Assembly (NCBI GenBank): GCA_000092065.1
Contig: CP000601.1
From: Ostreococcus lucimarinus
Taxonomy: Eukaryota
Length of the DNA: 64,000 bases
Direction: 5' to 3' (one strand)
Shown here in pieces: positions 47,480-56,063 of the stretch (position 1 is its first letter; each line of letters begins with the position of its first letter). The notes below the pieces were generated by a model, which saw only the letters and a program-made list of their open reading frames with translations, was not told the origin of the DNA and made no database searches. The position numbers and the translations under genes were made by a program.

Positions 47480-49030
47480 CTAAGATAATATGAATACAAT
47501 GAACAGAGACAATGCAGTGCCGAGGAATATACCGGCGACGAGGGCAAAGCTGAGGACGACGCCCTCGGCTTGACGTTTTGAGAGCGGCGCGCGGCTGGCG
47601 CCGTGCATCATGGCGACGCTCGCGAGCCAACCATTCGTCACCGCGAGGGCGGATATGAAGAGGAAGGGGAAGAAGTCGGACGCAAACACGGTGGGCACGC
47701 GCCAGTTCGGCGTGGTGACGTTGCAGGCGGCGAGAAACGGGATGAAGGCGAATCGAAGCGTCGCCGCGCGCCGCAACGACGCGCCTCTCGGCGGCGTCTT
47801 GGGATACATTCCAGCCAGATGTCGGCCGAGAAAATCGCCCAAGTTGAAGAGTAAGAATAATACCGGCGACCAAAACGCTCCCATTGCGCCGTGCGAGCTC
47901 TCGATTGAGCTCGTGATTGCCGGAAACGCGCAGAGGCTGGCGATAAACGTCAACGCGACGGCGAGTCTATAATCGCGACTCTCGTCGCCGAAATCCTCCA
48001 CGCCTGTGGAAGCTCTCAACGGCGCGCCCTCGACGTCGCTGTCGTACTCATCGACGTCATCATCCCGTAGGAGCGCGTTCATCTCCGACCGGCGCCCATC
48101 TCGATGCCGCTCGACCCCAGTGAGCTCTTCGAATGCGGGCGTCTTGTCCAATCGCGCCGCCGTCGCCGCGCAACCCAGCACCACCGCCGCGGCGACGTAA
48201 AAATACGCCTGTGCGCCTTTCGCGGACGACGAGGACGAAACTGATCCCCCACCATACGCAGTCGTCGCCAGCGCCACCAAAGAAACCACCACCCCACTCA
48301 CCGCCTGCCCGCTCATCGCGCCCTGCGCGAACTCGGGCGGCAACCGACTCGCGAGCGCGAACCCCCCGGACTGCGCCACCGCCGTCGCCAATCCGACCAC
48401 CACGATCACCCCTAGCGTCTGCGCGAATACGACGTCCATTTTCACCCGTTCCACGCCCGCGACGACCCCACACGTCCATATCCCCACCGCCGCGATTCCC
48501 AGCGCGCTCGCCGTCGCTCGCGAACCCGTCGCCGCGCCGCGCGCGTCCCCATATTTCACCAACCCCGCGCATCCGATCAGATTGCTCAGCGCGTACGCGT
48601 TCGCGAACGTCCCTTCGAAATTCGCCGCGAAGAACGACCCATCGTTCGCGCCATCGTTCGCGAACCGTCGCGCGAAGTACGCGCGCTCGGTGATGAAGAC
48701 GTTCCACGGGAACAGCGTCCCCACGCCCACGGCGACGAAGCGCGCGTACAGCGCGCGCGCCGGCGTCATCGAGGCGCGCGTCGCTCGAGACGCGTTCGCG
48801 TCGTCGCCCGCGCGTCGGCGTCGCGCGTCGGCGTCGGCGTCGACATCGTTCGCGTCGTCGTCGTCGTTCGCGTCATCGACCGTCGGGACCGACGCGTCGG
48901 CGGCGGCGGCGGCGATCGCGTCGCGCGCGCCGCGCTCGGAGTCCCCGCTCGCGCGCGTCGCCGGCGTCGCGCGCATCGCGCCCGCGGCGAGGCGCGCTCT
49001 GCGGCGTCGCGCCATTCGTCGACGCATCAT
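47480..49030 (-). CDS. ENT: equilibrative nucleoside transporter (ENT/SLC29 family)
   Basis: VGVGTLFPWNVFITERAYF (ENT TM1 motif), FAQGAMSGQAVSGVVVS, and an 11-TM-like hydropathy. The acidic/R-rich N-terminal 87 aa may be a 5' extension artefact; alternative start MTPARALYA at about 48769. Confidence 0.8.
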   Translation of the reverse strand: MMRRRMARRRRARLAAGAMRATPATRASGDSERGARDAIAAAAADASVPTVDDANDDDDANDVDADADARRRRAGDDANASRATRASMTPARALYARFVAVGVGTLFPWNVFITERAYFARRFANDGANDGSFFAANFEGTFANAYALSNLIGCAGLVKYGDARGAATGSRATASALGIAAVGIWTCGVVAGVERVKMDVVFAQTLGVIVVVGLATAVAQSGGFALASRLPPEFAQGAMSGQAVSGVVVSLVALATTAYGGGSVSSSSSAKGAQAYFYVAAAVVLGCAATAARLDKTPAFEELTGVERHRDGRRSEMNALLRDDDVDEYDSDVEGAPLRASTGVEDFGDESRDYRLAVALTFIASLCAFPAITSSIESSHGAMGAFWSPVLFLLFNLGDFLGRHLAGMYPKTPPRGASLRRAATLRFAFIPFLAACNVTTPNWRVPTVFASDFFPFLFISALAVTNGWLASVAMMHGASRAPLSKRQAEGVVLSFALVAGIFLGTALSLFIVFILS

Positions 49031-49041
49031 CGATCGAGACG

Positions 49042-49494
49042 ATGACGTTCGCGACGACGACGCGCGCGACGACGACGACGGCGCGATGCGCGACGACGCG
49101 ACGCGCGACGACGCGACGCGCGCGCGGCGTGTTCGCGGCCGCGCGGTCGAGCGCGACGCGCGCGCGCGCGACGACGAAGACGATGACGACGACGCGAAGG
49201 CTGGAATCGCCGCGCGTCGGGAAGACCACGCGCACGCGCGCGACGCCCGCGGACGATGAAGGCGACGTGCCGTTCGGGTACACGCGCGCGGACGTGATGC
49301 TGATCGGGACCGGGGTCACGGGCGCGGGATTCGCGGCGTACTACGGGTTGCAATCGTTCGCGGGGATGGATTCGACGAAGGCGGGCAACGCGGTGCAGTT
49401 GACGTTCGTGCTCGGATTGACGCTCGCGTGGGTGGGGTCGTACGTCATGCGAGTGTTCAATAAGGACATGACTTACGCGAAGCAGTTGAAGGAT
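49042..49494 (+). CDS. small plastid-type membrane protein (DUF3007-like), exon 1
   Basis: T/R/A-rich presequence, then PFGYTRADVMLIGTGVTGAGFAAYYGL ... VQLTFVLGLTLAWVGSYVMRVFNKDMTYAKQLKD. The exon ends at donor GAT|GTGCGT (intron starts 49495). Confidence 0.55.
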
Positions 49495-49603
49495 GTGCGT
49501 GCGAAGCGAACGAGGCGAGAGCGCGAGACGAAACGCGAAGGAGAAAGAAAACGCGAACCGAAGACTGACGCTCAGACGTTTCGTTTCGACGATGGTTAAA
49601 CAG
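49495..49603 (+). other. inferred 109-bp GT-AG intron (phase 0) in the DUF3007-like gene
   Basis: Donor GTGCGT at 49495; acceptor TTAAACAG| ends 49603. Splicing switches from the junk-like read-through ...VRAKRTRRERETKREGERKRE to the well-formed tail YENAVMQKRLEEMPASELEKMMDELDEK. Confidence 0.5.
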
Positions 49604-49690
49604 TACGAAAACGCGGTGATGCAAAAGCGTTTGGAAGAAATGCCGGCGAGCGAGCTGGAGAAGATGATGGACGAATTGGACGAGAAGTGA
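49604..49690 (+). CDS. DUF3007-like protein, exon 2 (C-terminal amphipathic helix)
   Basis: YENAVMQKRLEEMPASELEKMMDELDEK* is in frame with exon 1 after intron removal. Confidence 0.5.
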   Translation, partial: YENAVMQKRLEEMPASELEKMMDELDEK

Positions 49691-49731
49691 GTAGTGTTCT
49701 ATTGCAGTGTAAGTGCGGCGCTTTTATCAGT

Positions 49732-50742
49732 TTATCCTCTCGCCCTGGCGCGACGCGCCTCCTCTTCCCCGGCTAAACGATCGCTCACGCTCACCATCCC
49801 ACGACGGTCGAGGAACGGATACTCGCCCACCCAGACGTTAAGGAACGGAAAATACGCCTCGCGAACGGCTTGAAACGTGTAAAAGTACGGGTCGTCTGAT
49901 GTCACGATGAGCTCGACGTCGTCGCCTACGTTGATATCCGCGTACTCCGCTTTTAAAGGAACTTTCAGCGGTACTCGCGCCCCGGATCTATCTCCGACGA
50001 CTAGGTTAAACATCCAATCTACGCTCGACGTCCCGCGCGTCTCCACGGGCTCGACTGAGATGACTCTGGCGCGCCACAGGCCCGCGTATTTAGCGCTTCG
50101 CACCTTTGAGTTACGTCGCGCCGCTAACGCCACGGGTGCCCACAAAAAAAACGTGCTCGCGGGCACGGCGAGCGCCGGCGCCGCATTCGCGGTCAACACC
50201 GTCGTCAACAGCGACAACCCCACGCGTTGAAACGCGGTATCGTTATCCCCCCAAAAGTACCCGTATTGCTCCCCCGTCGCCGCGATGGGCAGCACGCGTT
50301 CGTAATCCCGCTGCGTCAGCACCAGCACGTTCGGTCGCGCTCCACCTCGATCCCGTCGCTCGTTTCGTCGCTCTCGCGGTTCCCTTCGCGCCGCTCGCCG
50401 TTGTCGCGTCGACGCCGACGCCGTCGCCCCTCGCGCGCGTCGCGCCTCGTCCTCGTCCAGCCACCGCGCGTCCTCGGCCGCGCGTCCCGACGCGCTCGCG
50501 CTCGCGTCGTCGTCGTCGTCGTCGTCCATCATAGCGTCGTCCGCGTCCGCACCGCGTCGAGCGACGCGAAGCGCGCGTCCGCGGCGCGTCGTCGAGCCGC
50601 CGCCGGAATTGAATGCCCGCGCGATTCCCTCGCGACTCCTTCGCCGCGCGCGCGCCGCGCCGTTCGTCGCCGCGCGCGTCGTCGCGCGCGATGTCCACCG
50701 CGTCGTCGGCGCGCGCGCGCGCGCGTCGACCGACGCGGACAT
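49732..50742 (-). CDS. hypothetical protein with acidic/presequence-like N-terminus and conserved-looking C-terminal domain
   Basis: C-terminal 200 aa is non-repetitive (NVLVLTQRDYERVLPIAATGEQYGYFWGDND...PFLNVWVGEYPFLDRRGMVSVSDRL). Domain not identified. Confidence 0.4.
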   Translation of the reverse strand: MSASVDARARAPTTRWTSRATTRAATNGAARARRRSREGIARAFNSGGGSTTRRGRALRVARRGADADDAMMDDDDDDDASASASGRAAEDARWLDEDEARRARGATASASTRQRRAARREPRERRNERRDRGGARPNVLVLTQRDYERVLPIAATGEQYGYFWGDNDTAFQRVGLSLLTTVLTANAAPALAVPASTFFLWAPVALAARRNSKVRSAKYAGLWRARVISVEPVETRGTSSVDWMFNLVVGDRSGARVPLKVPLKAEYADINVGDDVELIVTSDDPYFYTFQAVREAYFPFLNVWVGEYPFLDRRGMVSVSDRLAGEEEARRARARG

Positions 50743-50795
50743 CGCGCGACGCCGCAGACGCCGGCGCGCGGCGCTGTGTCGCGCGACCGACGGTG

Positions 50796-51260
50796 ATGCG
50801 CGCGCGAATCGTCGCGCGCGCGCTCGCGCGGTCGTCCGCGGCGCGGCGCGGGATGTCCGCGACGTCGTCGACGCGCGCGGACGCGCTGCGCGAGCGCAGG
50901 ACGTTCACGGCGGACGATTGCGCGGCGTTCGCGCGGTTGACGGGCGATGAGAATCCGATTCACTTCGACGACGGCGCGGTGGGTGACGGCGAGAATCGAT
51001 TGCGAGGACGCGCGGTGCACGGAATGCTGGCGGCGAGCGCGTTCGGGGCGCTGCTGGCGCGCGCGAGGCCGGGGACGGTGTACGCGAGCCAAGAGTTGAA
51101 ATTCAGGGAACCGGTGCGCGTGGACGAGGAGCTGGAGATTGAGTTGAAATTGGTGAAACGATCGGGAACGAGGGCGCGGTACGAGACGGTGGTGCGGAAA
51201 GTGAAGTGTGGGACGGTGTGCGTCGATGGGCACGCGCTGGCGCTGTTGCCGGAGGAGTAG
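50796..51260 (+). CDS. MaoC-like (R)-specific enoyl-CoA hydratase / hot-dog fold dehydratase
   Basis: FTADDCAAFARLTGDENPIHFD, GRAVHGML, and an overall 150-aa hot-dog fold. Start placed at MRARIVARAL; the ORF is open from 50613, where it overlaps the neighbouring gene's 5' end. Confidence 0.7.
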   Translation: MRARIVARALARSSAARRGMSATSSTRADALRERRTFTADDCAAFARLTGDENPIHFDDGAVGDGENRLRGRAVHGMLAASAFGALLARARPGTVYASQELKFREPVRVDEELEIELKLVKRSGTRARYETVVRKVKCGTVCVDGHALALLPEE

Positions 51261-51318
51261 GCTGTCGTAGAGGGGTGTAATTTTATCTAGGCGCGCGAGC
51301 GATGTTGCAACAATATAT

Positions 51319-53490
51319 TCATTCATCCGAGAACGATTCACCGCCGCTGCTGCGGCGACCGAGGTTCGAGAACATGAAGTCGAGTTCGCTCACTTTGTCT
51401 CGACCAGTTCGCGAGAGCGGCGACCCGCGCGGTACGGCTCTTGCGGCGCTCGCTTGCGTGGCTTGGGCGAGACGGGCTTTTTGCGTCTCCCACCGTGCGC
51501 TCGCGGATTCCGGATCGGGATAGGTCGATAGCAGACCTCCTCGAGCGTCGTGCTCGACGTCGTTCCACTCGTTACTATTCGAAGCAATTGGCGGAAGCCT
51601 TTGCTCGCGAGGCGCAGTCTCAGAGACGAAAGATTCGTGCGAGCTTCCGATTTCGGCGCCGTCCATGACTTCGGCGCGTTCCCTGTCTACGATTGACTTT
51701 CCAGTTTCCGTGCTCTCATTCACGTCTTTGTCGCTATCGAATTTAAACCCCTCCACGTTGAGTACGCGTGCGATGCGGTCGAACCAGCCGAGGGCGATGG
51801 CGACGCAGTACAAGCCCAAAAACGTGGGCACGATGATGTTCAGCTCACCCGCGAGCTCTGGGACGTTGTTGGCCATCTTCCGTGAGAAGGTTGTCATCTT
51901 GCCACTCGCGCGAATAATGGGCAAAAGCATGAGAAAGTTGAAACTCAGCGGCGCTGAGTAACGGCATACCAGACTCGCGTTCACCAAGAGCGAAAACGCA
52001 TCCGTGTGTCGAGGCACGAGCGTGTAAAACGAAAACATGCCCAGCTTGTGGAGGGAATGAAACGTGCAAAGGCACATGTAAGCGAGCGGAAACGCCACGA
52101 CGACGTGCATGGAGGTCAAACCCGATGTCGAATCTTCAGCGTTTTCCAGCATCACGCTCAAAAGAGATATCTGATCCGCCTCTTCCCACAGTTTCCCGAT
52201 CCAAATACTGCTCTCTGCGATGATGATGGATACCGAAAAAAAGGCCAAACCAGTGGCGATGACTCTCAAGAGGACGGGCACGATGACGATCGACCACGTG
52301 TACTGCACATCATCCATACACTTTCCGAGCGAGCCGCTACGAGATACCGAGTTTGGCGGGCGATGCAATCGTCGAGTTGACGATGCCCGCGATTGCTCGG
52401 CGGCTTCCGCTTCAAACGCATCCTTCACCGCTATCACGTACTGCGCCTTAGTGCGATCGTACTGCCTCAGCGAACGGCGAACCGCGCGACGCAGCGCAAC
52501 TAAATCGTTCAACTCATCGTAATCGTAATCCAGCACGTCTTCCTCTGTCGCGTCCAACGCTTCATCTAAGCTTCCTCGGTGCATTTCTGAGAACTCTGGC
52601 GTCTCGTTTTCGATGACGCTCATCGCCCAACGCAAACTATGTCGCCGTGGCATCACTCGACTCGTCGTCGTTACCGCCACAACTTGCCGTGCCAAGCGCG
52701 CGTGAGCGTTACCGAGCGCCCGCGACACTCCGGCGACGCGCTTGTACGACCGCGTGAGACGATTATTAAACGCCGCTCGCCGCCAAATCGCCCGCGGCAC
52801 GTCCACCAAACCAAACCCCATGAGTAAAACCCCGGTCGAAATACCCCACACGTTCGCCACCACGATCCCATACGCGCGCATCGCGTCCAAAGACAGCGAC
52901 TCGGTCGCCAACAGCGCCGCCGCGCCCACGAACATCGCCGTCGCCGCGATTCCCAAAAACATCGCGTTCTCCCGCGCCGCTCTCTTCAATCGTCCCACGG
53001 ACGAAAAATCCGCCGCGTCCACGTAACACTGGTGCAGCGGCAGCACGATCCACGTCAGCGCGTACGTACTCCAGTACGCGACGTCCCACGTCGCGTCCAA
53101 CCCGCGCGGCGCCTCTCCCGCGCGCAGCGTCGCCGTCACATCCGTCGGCACGATCCCCACCATGATCAGCGCCAGCGTCCACGCGACGAAACAGTGCGCG
53201 CGCACGGCCGCGCCGACCCGACGATCGGCGAATCGCGCCACGGCGAGCGCCGCGACGCACGCCGCGACGACGAACACGGGCGTCGACCACGACGCGAAGA
53301 ATCCATCGTCCGCACCGCTCCCGGACGATGTTTCCGCCGCCGAGCGCGTCCAGCGCGCGCGCGTCGCGCGCGGGTCCGCGGCGACGTCGCGCGTCGTCCA
53401 CTCCATCGCTCGAGCGCGCGACGTGCGCTCGCGGACGCGCGCGCGCGTGTGCGGACGGCGTCGCGACGGCGCCGGGACGGCTCGGGACAC
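51319..53490 (-). CDS. LMBR1-domain (LIMR family) polytopic membrane protein
   Basis: 723 aa with about 9 TM helices split by a long charged loop. Conserved-looking WDVAYWSTYALTWIVLPLHQCY and ARLARQVVAV...RRSLRQYD regions are typical of LMBR1-like proteins. Confidence 0.7.
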   Translation of the reverse strand: MSRAVPAPSRRRPHTRARVRERTSRARAMEWTTRDVAADPRATRARWTRSAAETSSGSGADDGFFASWSTPVFVVAACVAALAVARFADRRVGAAVRAHCFVAWTLALIMVGIVPTDVTATLRAGEAPRGLDATWDVAYWSTYALTWIVLPLHQCYVDAADFSSVGRLKRAARENAMFLGIAATAMFVGAAALLATESLSLDAMRAYGIVVANVWGISTGVLLMGFGLVDVPRAIWRRAAFNNRLTRSYKRVAGVSRALGNAHARLARQVVAVTTTSRVMPRRHSLRWAMSVIENETPEFSEMHRGSLDEALDATEEDVLDYDYDELNDLVALRRAVRRSLRQYDRTKAQYVIAVKDAFEAEAAEQSRASSTRRLHRPPNSVSRSGSLGKCMDDVQYTWSIVIVPVLLRVIATGLAFFSVSIIIAESSIWIGKLWEEADQISLLSVMLENAEDSTSGLTSMHVVVAFPLAYMCLCTFHSLHKLGMFSFYTLVPRHTDAFSLLVNASLVCRYSAPLSFNFLMLLPIIRASGKMTTFSRKMANNVPELAGELNIIVPTFLGLYCVAIALGWFDRIARVLNVEGFKFDSDKDVNESTETGKSIVDRERAEVMDGAEIGSSHESFVSETAPREQRLPPIASNSNEWNDVEHDARGGLLSTYPDPESASARWETQKARLAQATQASAARAVPRGSPLSRTGRDKVSELDFMFSNLGRRSSGGESFSDE

Positions 53491-53536
53491 CTCGACGCGC
53501 CCGCTCGACGACGACGCGCGCGAGCGACGACGCGCG

Positions 53537-54256
53537 ATGGCGAGCTCGACGACGACGTCCGCGACGACGCTGCGACGCGCGACGCGCGACGCGACGACGA
53601 CGCGACGCGCGACGCCGCGACGCGCCGCCGCGGTGCGAACGCCCTCGGGACGAAGACGCGTCGAGACGCGCGCTGGTGAGGACGAGTGGGGCGCGAAGCC
53701 GTGGGACGACGCGCGCGATGGGGCGGACCCGCTGTCGAACGAGGTGCTGCTGTCGATCGTGCGCTCGGAGCTCGCGGATGAGGAGGTGAACCGGCTGGTG
53801 TGGAACGCGCTGGGCTATCGCTCGCGCGTGGAGCTGGACGCGGAGACGCTCACGGCGAACGAGGTGTGGACGCCGGATGAGGTGTTTCCGAATTGGGCGA
53901 AAAGTTATCCCGAACCACCGGACGTGATCGGGGTGACGAGGAAGTACGATCCGAAGATTGACGCGCCGGTGAAGGTGGCGTGCGCGGCGTTGACGCGGTC
54001 GGTGCCGGAGGAACACAAGCAAGGGATTAAGACGACGCTCACGCCGTTGGGATGGAAAGGGTTTAAGATGGAAGGGTTGACGCCGAACATGACGCGTCGA
54101 GCGCAGGTGGCGAATTGGTTGTTGTTTTACAGGCGCGAGCTTCGAGGGGTGAGCATCGAAGAGTTGCGAGCGCGGCGCGACGCGCGCAAGGCAAAGGAAA
54201 TCGCCGAGGGCAAGCAGGATCGCCCGACGGGGACGACGAAACAAGGGGTGGTTTAG
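53537..54256 (+). CDS. conserved hypothetical protein, organelle-targeted (cyanobacterial-type DUF)
   Basis: Start MASSTTTSATTLRRATRD at 53537 (presequence). Conserved-looking PLSNEVLLSIVRSELADEEVNRLVWNALGYR...PNWAKSYPEPPDVIGVTRKYDP...ANWLLFYRREL. Confidence 0.5.
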   Translation: MASSTTTSATTLRRATRDATTTRRATPRRAAAVRTPSGRRRVETRAGEDEWGAKPWDDARDGADPLSNEVLLSIVRSELADEEVNRLVWNALGYRSRVELDAETLTANEVWTPDEVFPNWAKSYPEPPDVIGVTRKYDPKIDAPVKVACAALTRSVPEEHKQGIKTTLTPLGWKGFKMEGLTPNMTRRAQVANWLLFYRRELRGVSIEELRARRDARKAKEIAEGKQDRPTGTTKQGVV

Positions 54257-54278
54257 ATTTTTGATTTTATATTACGTA

Positions 54279-55556
54279 TTAATACGTAAACTCACCGTAT
54301 TCACTCTTCACCACGACTTCAGACTTGCCATCCTTGGCTTCGACTCTGCCGACGACGCGGGCGTCGATGTTAAAGCTCTGGCTAATATCGATAATCTTTT
54401 GCGCGTGTTCGGGGGAGCAGTAAAACTCGAGACGATGTCCGCAGTTGAACACTTTGTACATCTCGCTCCATTCGGTGTTGGAGCACTCCTGGATCAAGCG
54501 GAAGAGCGGGGGAATGGGGAACATGTTATCCTTGACGACGCGCAAGCCGTCGAGGAGAAAGTGTCCAACCTTGGACTGCGCGCCGCCGCTGCAGTGCACC
54601 ATGCCGTGAATATCCCTCACGTCCATGGCATCGAGCACGGCTTTCACCACGGGGGCGTACGTTCGCGTCGGACTGAGCACCAACTTGCCAACCGTCACGC
54701 CGGTTTCCGGCTCGACGTCGGTGAGCTGATACTTGCCGCTGTACACCAACGATTCGGGTACGTTCGGATCGAACGTTTCCGGATATTTTTCCGCCAAATT
54801 CTTCGCAAACACGTCGTGTCGAGCAGACGTCAATCCGTTGCTTCCCATTCCGCCGTTGTACTCGCTCTCGTACGTCGCTTGACCGAACGACGCCAAACCG
54901 ACGACGACGTCTCCGGCGCGAATGTTGTCGTTACTCACCACCGCGTCTCTTCGCATGCGCGCCGTGACCGTGGTGTCCACCACCACCGTGCGCACTAAAT
55001 CACCCAAATCCGCGGTTTCACCTCCCGTGGACTTCACCCCGACCCCACACTCGCGCAAAGTCTCCAAAACCTCCTCCGTCCCGTTGATGAGCGCGCTCAG
55101 CACCTCCCCCGGAATCAAAGCCTTATTCCTCCCGATCGTGCTCGAGACGAATATGTTATCCACGCACCCGACGCACAACAAATCATCCGTGTTCATCACG
55201 ATCGAATCCTGCGCGATTCCTCGCCACACTCCCAAATCTCCCGTCTCTCTCCAGTACGCGTACGCCAGGCTCGTCTTCGTCCCCGCGCCGTCCGCGTGCA
55301 TGCACGTGCAGTACGCCTCGTCCCCAGCGATGTCCTCCACGATCTTACAGAACGCCTTCGGGAACAATCCCTTGTCCACCTTCTTTATCGCCGCGTGCAC
55401 GTCCTCCTTGGACGCGCTCACGCCGCGCATCGCGTACCGCTCGTCCGCCGCCGCGCTCGCCCTCGCGTTCGCCCTCGCGTTCGTTCGCGTCGTCGCGCGC
55501 GCGCGCCATCGCGACGGCATCGCGCGCGCCGTCGTCGTCGTCGTCGCCGTCGCCAT
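54279..55556 (-). CDS. purM: phosphoribosylformylglycinamidine cyclo-ligase (AIR synthetase, PurM)
   Basis: PurM N-domain MHADGAGTKTSLAY, GEVLSALINGTE, GGETADLGDLVRT, C-domain VHCSGGAQSKV. N-terminal T/A/R-rich transit peptide. Confidence 0.9.
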   Translation of the reverse strand: MATATTTTTARAMPSRWRARATTRTNARANARASAAADERYAMRGVSASKEDVHAAIKKVDKGLFPKAFCKIVEDIAGDEAYCTCMHADGAGTKTSLAYAYWRETGDLGVWRGIAQDSIVMNTDDLLCVGCVDNIFVSSTIGRNKALIPGEVLSALINGTEEVLETLRECGVGVKSTGGETADLGDLVRTVVVDTTVTARMRRDAVVSNDNIRAGDVVVGLASFGQATYESEYNGGMGSNGLTSARHDVFAKNLAEKYPETFDPNVPESLVYSGKYQLTDVEPETGVTVGKLVLSPTRTYAPVVKAVLDAMDVRDIHGMVHCSGGAQSKVGHFLLDGLRVVKDNMFPIPPLFRLIQECSNTEWSEMYKVFNCGHRLEFYCSPEHAQKIIDISQSFNIDARVVGRVEAKDGKSEVVVKSEYGEFTY

Positions 55557-55680
55557 CGCGCGCGTCGGTGTCGCGCGCCGCGCGTCGGTCGGCGCCGGCG
55601 ACGCGCGAGGTCGATTTCGAAATCGAATTCGAAATCACACCCGCGCGCGGTGCCAATACACGACCGACCGCGACGTCGGA

Positions 55681-55695
55681 CTGTTTACCCACACG
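55681..55695 (+). promoter_or_regulatory. third copy of the CTGTTTACCCA[CT]ACG element, 97 bp upstream of the proposed UGDH ATG
   Basis: ctgtttacccacacgacatcgacg at 55681, in the PurM/UGDH divergent promoter. It matches 14 of the first 15 nt of the 25-bp USP-promoter repeat. Confidence 0.4.
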
Positions 55696-55777
55696 ACATC
55701 GACGCCTCGGAGGCGCGCGCGATCCGGTCGCCCCGCACACGCGCGCGCGCGACGACGCGACGCGACGCGATCGCGGC

Positions 55778-55799
55778 ATGACGAGGCCGATCACGACGA
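55778..55799 (+). CDS. UGD: UDP-glucose 6-dehydrogenase, inferred 22-nt 5' micro-exon (MTRPITT + 1 nt)
   Basis: ATG ACG AGG CCG ATC ACG ACG A | GTGCGTGAAG. The exon is terminated by a GTGCGT donor, and the in-frame stop TGA sits inside that donor. A phase-1 junction with TA at 56064 yields Ile, giving [21 protein letters not shown]. Confidence 0.45.
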
Positions 55800-56063
55800 G
55801 TGCGTGAAGAACGACGCGAGCGACGCGACGCGACGCGACGCGAGACGACGCGACGCGCGAGACGACGCGACGAGGGCGATCGCGACGGTCGTCGGAAAGA
55901 TGTCCGGAAACCATCCGCGAGACGCGGCGACGACCGGAGACGCGACGACGGCGACGGGAGAGCGTTGGGACGGGCGCGAAAGATGGGAGAGCGCGCGACG
56001 GTGCGAATGGAGGCGCGCGAGGACGAAGGACTGACGACGCGCGCGGTTTCGGGGACGACGCAG

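Noticed and set aside
55983-56010. Alternative UGDH first exon ATGGGAGAGCGCGCGACG|GTGCGAATGG (another GTGCGA donor-like site inside the proposed intron)
   Set aside because: No downstream acceptor places this exon in frame with [10 protein letters not shown]. The 55778 micro-exon gives the exact conserved Ile junction. It is kept only as a possible cryptic or alternative site.
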